A stretch of 56,590 nt of DNA from Moniliella sp. 'wahieum' (Eukaryota): NCBI GenBank assembly GCA_003971905.1, contig RSEE01000119.1, positions 124,001 through 180,590 on the forward strand, given 5' to 3'. Position 1 is the stretch's first letter. Every line of letters starts with the position of its first letter. The notes beneath the pieces were generated by a model. It was given only the letters and a program-made list of their open reading frames with translations, was not told where the DNA came from and did not search any database. Shown one piece after another: positions 49,101 to 56,590 of the stretch. Made by a program: the position numbers and the translations under genes.

Positions 49101-52100
49101 AAGACATCGCCAAGGATCTGGATGTTAGCGTTATTCAGCTCTGCAAGGACACCATGCCCTTCATTCTTTATTCAACGCTGTTGGTGGACCCTCGAACGCG
49201 ACAAGGAGTGATTGACCAGCTCACTGGTATGTTCCCTGGCCAAGTCACCTTCCTCCAGCTTCTTCGTCCATATTTAGCGGATGTCCTGGGACAGCTCGTC
49301 TTGGCTCTCGGGCAGGAAGAGAAGCAAAGTGGGCACTGCCTGCCCTGGAATTTGTCTACACGACCAGCATCTCTTCTCGGAGTGCTCATCATGGCACCAA
49401 CAAAATCAGCCTTCATTCGATGCCTGGCTGGGCGGCGAGGCGATGGCTATTCATTCTTGGCTCTGTGAGGAATTGGACGGCACGCATGGACGTCGGTCCG
49501 ACTCGGATCGCCGTGTGGTCATCCAAGCCTTTGCTCGCCTCATCGACATCTTGGGTTGCCATGTCTCTTCGATCATCCCTCAAGTACGTTTTCCCTTCTT
49601 TCACTTTGCTTCTCCTTCCCTGGTGGGCCAGCTGACCTTGATTTGACTACAGCTCAACACGACCCTCACTTCGAGTCTCAATAAGCCATCTTTGCGGCTA
49701 AGCGTGTTGCGGGCCTGGAACACGCTTTTGGCAGGACTCCAAGCTTCGCATATGACTTTGTACCTGGGGCAGACGATGGCTACCTTGGCCACAATCTGGC
49801 CCCAACTGGACGAGCAAGAGAAGTCGCAAGCTAAGGCAATGGTGCTCGGCTTGATGAAGCTCCCTGATACAGCCGACGGTGCGGACGTCAATGGGAACGG
49901 CGACCTTCAGGGGCCAGGAGCGGCTGCTCGTGCTGTACTGGCGCGCGTGCATGTGTCGGGACCGATTCTGGACTCCATCCCGGCCTGGGCAGATCTTCGC
50001 CGGACCCATGCGCTCGAGGGAGGCAAGCGTGCCGAAATCGAGGCATTCTTGGACGACCTGGCTTCTGACAATGCAGCGCTCATCCTGCAGGCGCTTACTG
50101 CGTTACGCCAATTCCTATGGGACAACAAGTTGTTTCTGCACGCCCTCACATCAGGCAACCAGTTCGATCCCTTGGTGGGGCGTTTGCTGGCCACGCTATT
50201 GGCCATTCCTGCCCGGTTGGACTTTGCTTCGACGGTAGAGCAGAATGAGTTGGCGTTTGAGTGCTTAGGCCTGTTTGGTGCGGTGGACCCAGATCGTGTT
50301 GACTTGGCAGGTGGACCAAGTGAACGTATCTCGACGGCCATGGTGATCAACTTTGATGACGAAGACGAGGCAGCAGACTTTGCTCTATTGCTGGTGCGGG
50401 ATCTGTTGGTCCGTGCGTTCCGTACGACGGACAGTTCTTCCCACCAAGTCAAGCTCGCATACGCTATTCAGCAGCTACTCAAGATTTGTGGCTTCACGCC
50501 TGCCTTGCTGGATGCTGTTCCGCAAACCCAACAGAGCCAGAATACGGCCGTGATGGGCAAATCGGGCAGAGTATTGGCGCGGTGGAACAGTCTCCCCAGC
50601 CATTTGCTCGACACAATTGGCCCTCTGCTGGGCTCGCACTACAATGTGTATTTCAAGGAGGGACAACCTCGGCCTCTGCCGTTGTGCCAGTCGAGCAGTA
50701 CTTATGCGGAATGGCTACAGAATTGGACCAGTCTCTTGATCAAGGCAACCCGACACACACCTGCAGCCGCCATCTTTACCGTGTTTCGGCCTGTGGTGTT
50801 GGAGCACGACTTATCCATCGCGCAGTATATCCTCCCCCACCTCGTCCTCGCCGTCCTGGTCCACGGAGTGCAGGACAGCAGAGACCAGATCCACTCGGAG
50901 CTCCTTGCTGTCCTGCACTCCCTGACCGAGCCCCCTCTGTGTCGGTGGGACAAGATCAGGTTGGGCAACAGCCCACGATCCTTAAGATGGCTCAGACCGT
51001 GTTCGGTATCTTGGATCACTTGGGCGTCTGGCTGCGACGTAAACGTATGGCAAAAGTGGCCATGGCCAACGCCCGATCTCGTTCACATCGGTCTGGGGGG
51101 CGTGTTCCCAGCGTTCGAGAACAGGATAAGGATAGCCATGCTATCATTACGATCGAGTCGGTCCTAGACAACATCCGCCCTTCAGTCCTCGCCCATGCTT
51201 CGTTTGAGACCCAATCATGGGCCCGGTCGCTGATGCATTTCGAGCAGACGGTCCGCATGGTCACTCGTGTTATGGGCGAAAAGTCCTCAACCTCGGAAGC
51301 GAACCGACAAGATGGGTGGGATCAACGCAGGGCTGCCTCAGACGAGTTGCAGGGTGTATACGAGAAGATGCATTGCATCTACGCCGCTTTGGATGAGCCC
51401 GACGGTATGGAAGGCATCACTACATTGGTTGTTGACCCTTCACTGGAACATCAGATCCGCGAACACGAATCCACAGGCCGCTGGACTGCTGCCCAGTCGT
51501 GCTGGGAGCTCAAACTGCAAAACGACCCAACAGATCCGGATCTGCACAAGGGTTTGCTCAATTGTCTCCGCAACTTGGGACATTATGGTACGTCTCCTTG
51601 CCCCCTCAATCCTTTTTTGACATCGTTGGGATCGAATGCTGAACAGCGATCTTCTTGCAGACACAATGCAAAACCACATCCGTGGTGCGCTCAGTCAGCA
51701 CCCTGAGTGGCAGACACTTCTGGCCTCGTATGAGGTGGAAGGAGCTTGCATTCTCTCCAATTGGGAGGAAGTGGCGCGCCTCGTAGATTTACCATCGGCC
51801 ACGAGCGACAAGCATGCCTTGGCCCGCCTGCTACTCTCGCAATTCGCATGGACGACTCGGCTACTGTCCAAATCGCATTGAAAGAAGCTCGAAAGCAGTT
51901 TGGCGAACCTATGGTCGGATCTGGCGAGCCCAAGTACGAAAGAGTATACGAGTCAGTTCTCAACCTCCAAGCCATCCAAGACCTTGAACAAATCTACACC
52001 CAAGCCGCCCTCCGCCTGGACGAGACGAAGATGATGCTGGCCTCTAGAGTTAATTCGACCTTGCCATCATTCCGGGTCCGTGAGGTGCTACTCAGCGCTC

Positions 52101-54591
52101 ATCGGTCTGGGTTCAATGCCTTGCGCTCCTCTGCGCTCGATCCGCGGGACCCAGTGGCAGCAGCTTGGGTGCAGACCAGCAAATTTGCCCGCAGGGCTGA
52201 TCATCTCCAGACAGCTTACAGCGCTATGCTTCAAGCACAACAACTTGGTGCCCAATTTGCCTTCATCCAGCGTGCCAAACTTCTCGTTCGCGATGACCAA
52301 CTCCAGTCGGCGATCCAAGTGATGAATCACGCACTGGCGGGAATGGATTTGACACCTGCTGCGTTGTCGGCCATGTCGAGTGGAGAACGGACTGCGGCGG
52401 CCAAGGCATCCTTGCTGCGGACAAACATCATGGAACGTACTGGGCGGTACAGCCGCAATGACCTGCTTGACAGCTACATGAAAGTCAACGTCATCGACGA
52501 TAAGTCCGAGCGGTCGTGGTACGCCCACGGTCACTACGCTGACTGTTCGCGTGACTCGAGCGATCAAAACCCGTTAGCTGTGGACCAGACTGTGGTCCGT
52601 AGCTTACTCTATGCGCTTAACTGTGGGACCAAGTACTTCTTCCGTACACTGCCTCGGGTTCTTACGATCTGGTTGGACAATGGCGAGGCTCCTGCTCTGG
52701 TGGCATCCTGCTCAGGAGGCAAGCCCGATATTTCTGACACCGCAACGAGGTCGTTTGTGGAGATCAACACCCGCATCGCCAAGGCTTCTGTGCAACTGCC
52801 GGCCTACCAGTGGCTCGCTGTTTTCCCTCAGCTGGTATGTCGGGTGACACACAAAAACGAGCTGGTATGGAAAACGTTGCGGCAGATTATCATCAAGGTG
52901 GTTCAGGAGTACCCGGCCCAAGCAATGTGGGCCGTGGTGGGGGGGTACCAGTCGAATGACAGCGAACGTCGGCGCCGATTTGCTACGATAATTTCCAAGA
53001 TCAAGGTGTCCACGACCGATATGTCCGTGCGCGGAGCAAACGGAAGCAAGCAGGGGCAGCACCAAGCACAGAATGTGCTCAAGGCCGTGGAGCAGGCGAC
53101 CCACATGGCTCACGAACTTTTGGTGCTCTGTAACCATGCTGTCTCGAACGGCACCAAGACCTTATCGATGAAACGTGACTTCCCCAGGCTAGTAGCGCTG
53201 CCTACCGATCATCTGTTACTGCCTCTCCAGTCGTCCCTGATTGTTTCCCTCCCTTCCACCAACTTGATTGATCCCCAGCATCAACCTTTCCCGCCTGACT
53301 TGCCCCGCATTAAAGGTGAGTTAGATCTCCCCCCCCCCCCTCTCTGATCTATTCTCTGACTATTGCCTTTTCTATCCAGCCTTTGACGATGTAATCGAGG
53401 TGATGTCCTCTCTGCAAAAGCCGCGCAAAATTACCATCTATGCCAGTGACGGATCCTCGTTCAACTTCCTATGCAAACCGAAGGACGACCTCCGGAAAGA
53501 CGCTCGCCTGATGGATTTCGACGCCATGATCAACAAGCTACTGCAGGCCAACGCCGATTCTCGTCGACGCAAGCTCTACATTCGCACGTATGGCGTCGTT
53601 ACTCTTAACGAAGAATGTGGTCTGATCGAGTGGGTGCCCAACACGATTGGCTTGCGTCACATTCTCTCGGCCCTGTACAAGGCCCATGGCATAACACTCT
53701 ATGTTTGTACCCTACCCTCTCGTGTCTCTTCGTTTTTCTAACGTTACTCTTCTTTTTGCTTTCAAGTCCAACGAGATTAAAGGCTTATTCGACCAGATTC
53801 GGGCAAAACCAAAGCATGCAGCCGACATCTTTACCAACAACGTCCTACCCATGTAAGTCCCGTTCTTGGTCGATCGGTTCATATTCTGACTGGTGTTCTG
53901 TGCCCAGATATCCCCCCGTATTCCACGAATGGTTCCTCGCCACTTTCCCGGAGCCGTCGGCCTGGCTCAGTGCACGGTTGAGCTACGCTCGAACGGCTGC
54001 GGTCATGTCCATGGTGGGCCATGTGTTGGGCCTGGGCGACCGGCACGGCGAGAACATTCTGTTTGATGCAAGCTCGGGCGATACGGTGCATGTTGACCTC
54101 AACTGTCTGTTTGAAAAGGGGCAGACATTCGAGATCCCAGAGCGAGTTCCGTTCCGCTTGACAAGCAACATGGTCGATGCACTGGGTGTGACGGGCGTTG
54201 ATGGCGTCTTCCGGCGTGCTGCCGAGGTGTCGATGACCATTCTGCGAGACAACAAAGACTCGTTGATGAGCGTGCTGGAGGCCATGATCCACGACCCGCT
54301 CGTGGAGTGGGCGCCTTCGCACAAGAAGAAGGCGTCGACAGGGGCGTCGTTGCGCCTGGACGAAGCGCGTGCGGCGCTGACCACGGTGCGCAACAAGCTC
54401 GAGGGATTCAAGCGGCGGCAAGTTTCGTCCGAGCTGCGTCTGACCACGCCCAACTTGGTCGATTCGCTGATCCGGGACGCTACGTCGCCGGTCAACCTGG
54501 CGTTGATGTGTACGTGTGCTGGGCGCTGTGGAGGGTTGCTGTGTGGTGGCTGACGTGTTTGGCAGACATCGGATGGGCCAGCTATCTATAA
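46109..54591 (+). CDS. MEC1: ATR/Mec1/Rad3 checkpoint PIKK kinase
   Basis: CLGLFGAVDPDRV, LDEPDGMEGI, IREHESTGRWTAAQSCWE, SSLQKPRKI, LCKPKDDLRKDARLMDF, LGLGDRHGENIL, HVDLNCLFEKG, PERVPFRLT and FATC end NLALMYIGWASYL-stop. Introns 49584..49652, 51588..51660, 53316..53379, 53703..53766, 53853..53907 and 54510..54565. Confidence 0.95.
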
Positions 54592-55018
54592 GAGCTGCCC
54601 AAGCGACGACGGCTGGTGTGGGGGGCATTGCAGACGTGCCATTTGTGGGGAGTGGCAGGGACACTTGAAATGTATTCATTGGGCTGCGGTGTTGAACGGT
54701 TGAAACATTGGCCGGCGCTGAACTGCCTCCTGAACGTGGCAAGAGTCAAGCACCCGGCTTGAAGCTGCAATTATTAATGGCCTACGTAATGTGGTGCATG
54801 GGCGGCGCGGGGGCAGTGTCGGGACGTGCAGGCGGGCCGACCCGACACTGGGCGTGCGCTGGGCAGCGGAACTTACAAATCGGCACGGCGCAAGTCTGGC
54901 CCGGCCAGTGCCGGCGCTGGTCAGGCGGCAGGCTGGGCTGGCGCTGCTGGGGCCCGCCCGCCCACTCGTCTTCTTGCTTCTCACGACAACGACGCGCTCG
55001 CACTTCGAGGCGGTGACG

Positions 55019-56035
55019 ATGGCCTCTTTCCTCCGCTCGGCTGCCGGCCGCGCTTCCACGCTCGGTGCCCAGGGCGTACGTCCTCCTCTTTGTGTCGCCC
55101 TTGTTCCCGCCGGCCTCGCTAACCCTGCCTGCCACCCTCAGACTCGCTTTGCTTCCACTGCTGCCCACGCTGCCCCGGCCCCGGCCCCCTTCTGGGCCTC
55201 GCGCACTGCTGCGTACGGTTCCACTGCTGCCGTCGTCGGTAGCATCGCCCTCTACGCCGCTGCATTCGGCGAGGCTCCCTTTCTTCCCGCAGTGAGTGCC
55301 AACGAGAAGGACGAGGGGCTGCACCCGACCGCCTACCCTGGCGCCGCACCTTGGCCACTTTGAGACGTATGACCACGCCTCGATTCGCCGCGGGTTCCAG
55401 GTGTACCGTGAGGTGTGCGCCTCGTGCCACTCGCTTACTCGTATTGCCTGGCGCAACCTGGTCGGTGTCTCCCACACCGTCGACGAAGTCAAGGAGATCG
55501 CTGCCGACTACGAGTACCAGGACGGGCCTAACGACGAGGGCGAGATGTTCACTCGCCCGGGTAAGCTGGCCGACTACATTCCTGCCCCGTACCCTAACGA
55601 CGAGGCATCGCGTGCTGCCAACCAGGGTGCCTTGCCGCCGGACCTTTCGCTCATGGTCAAGGCCCGTCACTCGGGTGCCGACTACATCTTCTCTCTTTTG
55701 ACTGGCTACGTGGACCCACCAGCTGGTGTGCACGTGCCCGAGGGCATGAACTTCAACCCTTACTTCCCTGGCACCCAGATTGGTATGGCCCGCGTCCTGT
55801 TTGACGGGCTAGTCGAGTACGAGGATGGTACTCCGGCCACCACGTCGCAGATGGCCAAGGATGTTGTGACCTTCCTCAGCTGGGCCGCCTCGCCGGAGCA
55901 CGATGAGCGCAAGAAGATGGGGTTCCAGTACATGATCATTGCTTCCACCATGCTCGCCCTTTCCATTTGGGTCAAAGGTACAAGTGGGCGTCGATCACCA
56001 ACCGCCGGCTGCAGTACAACCCGCCCAAGCACTGA
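55019..56035 (+). CDS. CYT1: Mitochondrial cytochrome c1 (complex III)
   Basis: Presequence [35 protein letters not shown] (CxxCH heme motif), [35 protein letters not shown] and [10 protein letters not shown] plus TM anchor. Intron 55076..55141. Confidence 0.96.
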
Positions 56036-56348
56036 TCGGGTGGTGTCTTCTGGCATGTTGCCCGTTCTGGATCTTGCGTGGATCCCAAGTGTTTTTGGCC
56101 ATCTGGAATATGAGATCGGATCAACAAAGGAGAGCCTAGGTTCGCTTAAATGGCGAAAGTATGCGTAGCGAGTGAGGGCCCACATTGGATGACGGCAAGA
56201 TAGGCGAGAAAATAAAACGTAGTGCCATACGCGCTTGTCCACAAAGCGATCCCTCGCGTATACAACGCTGTATAAGCGATGCTGAACCACTGCAGGCAGG
56301 CTCAGTCGTGAGAGTCGTGAGTGGCCCAGCCTTTTGCAGCCGACAATG

Positions 56349-56370
56349 AGGCCTAAGGCCTAAACGCCTA
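56349..56370. promoter_or_regulatory. Candidate promoter element, (AGGCCTA)2
   Basis: AGGCCTAAGGCCTAAACGCCTA, followed by a C-rich leader and an ATG at 56572 near the window edge. Confidence 0.4.
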
Positions 56371-56590
56371 CGCGTCCCCCTCATCCCCACCACCGCTCCT
56401 CTCTTTACCACTCCTCCCCTCGCGCGCGCATCGCCGCCCACCCCAGTTCCTCAATCGACGTGTGGCAGGGAGATACCACGGGCAATCCGCTAGCCTTCTA
56501 ACCCCTTTTTCGCCCTTTTTCCCCACCCCATTTCGCACAGCGGACAAGACGCATTATACTCCCCCATTGCCATGTCAGCAGAAGCTAGAT

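Noticed and set aside
42100..49470. Apparent premature TGA codons (42123, 49020, 49466) suggesting stop-codon reassignment or selenocysteine
   Set aside because: In each case the conserved protein continues in a different frame, so these are frameshifts and not read-through.

Overview
Eukaryotic, GC-rich, gene-dense fungal nuclear DNA. Short spliceosomal introns (GTRYGT donors, CTRAC branch points, YAG/AAG acceptors) and the protein sequences suggest a basidiomycete, most likely Ustilaginomycotina; the taxon is inferred, not established. Recognisable genes, left to right: an unknown single-pass membrane protein, phosphomannomutase (SEC53/PMM), an alpha-arrestin-like PY-motif protein, a ~5.6 kb gap with no recognisable gene, an unknown Pro/Ser-rich protein, SSH4-like SPRY protein, P5B ATPase (YPK9), a PRRC2/BAT2-like low-complexity protein, SNX4/ATG24, a spliced non-coding host carrying an intronic C/D snoRNA, intron-containing tRNA-Phe(GAA), a division-2 (class IV-like) chitin synthase, a C-terminal fragment of TOM1/HUWE1, CRY-DASH, ATR/MEC1 and cytochrome c1. 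Nearly every gene is broken by small frameshifts, most simply explained as indel errors in an unpolished assembly, so gene boundaries are approximate. The most notable unexplained signals are (1) a family of 7-bp-period dyad-symmetric repeats (AGGCCT-N, AAGCTT-N, ACGCGT-N) in most intergenic regions, including a symmetric ~750 bp array in the gene-free gap, (2) the snR41-like intronic snoRNA, and (3) the truncated or chimeric TOM1. No CRISPR array, rRNA gene or intact mobile element was seen.
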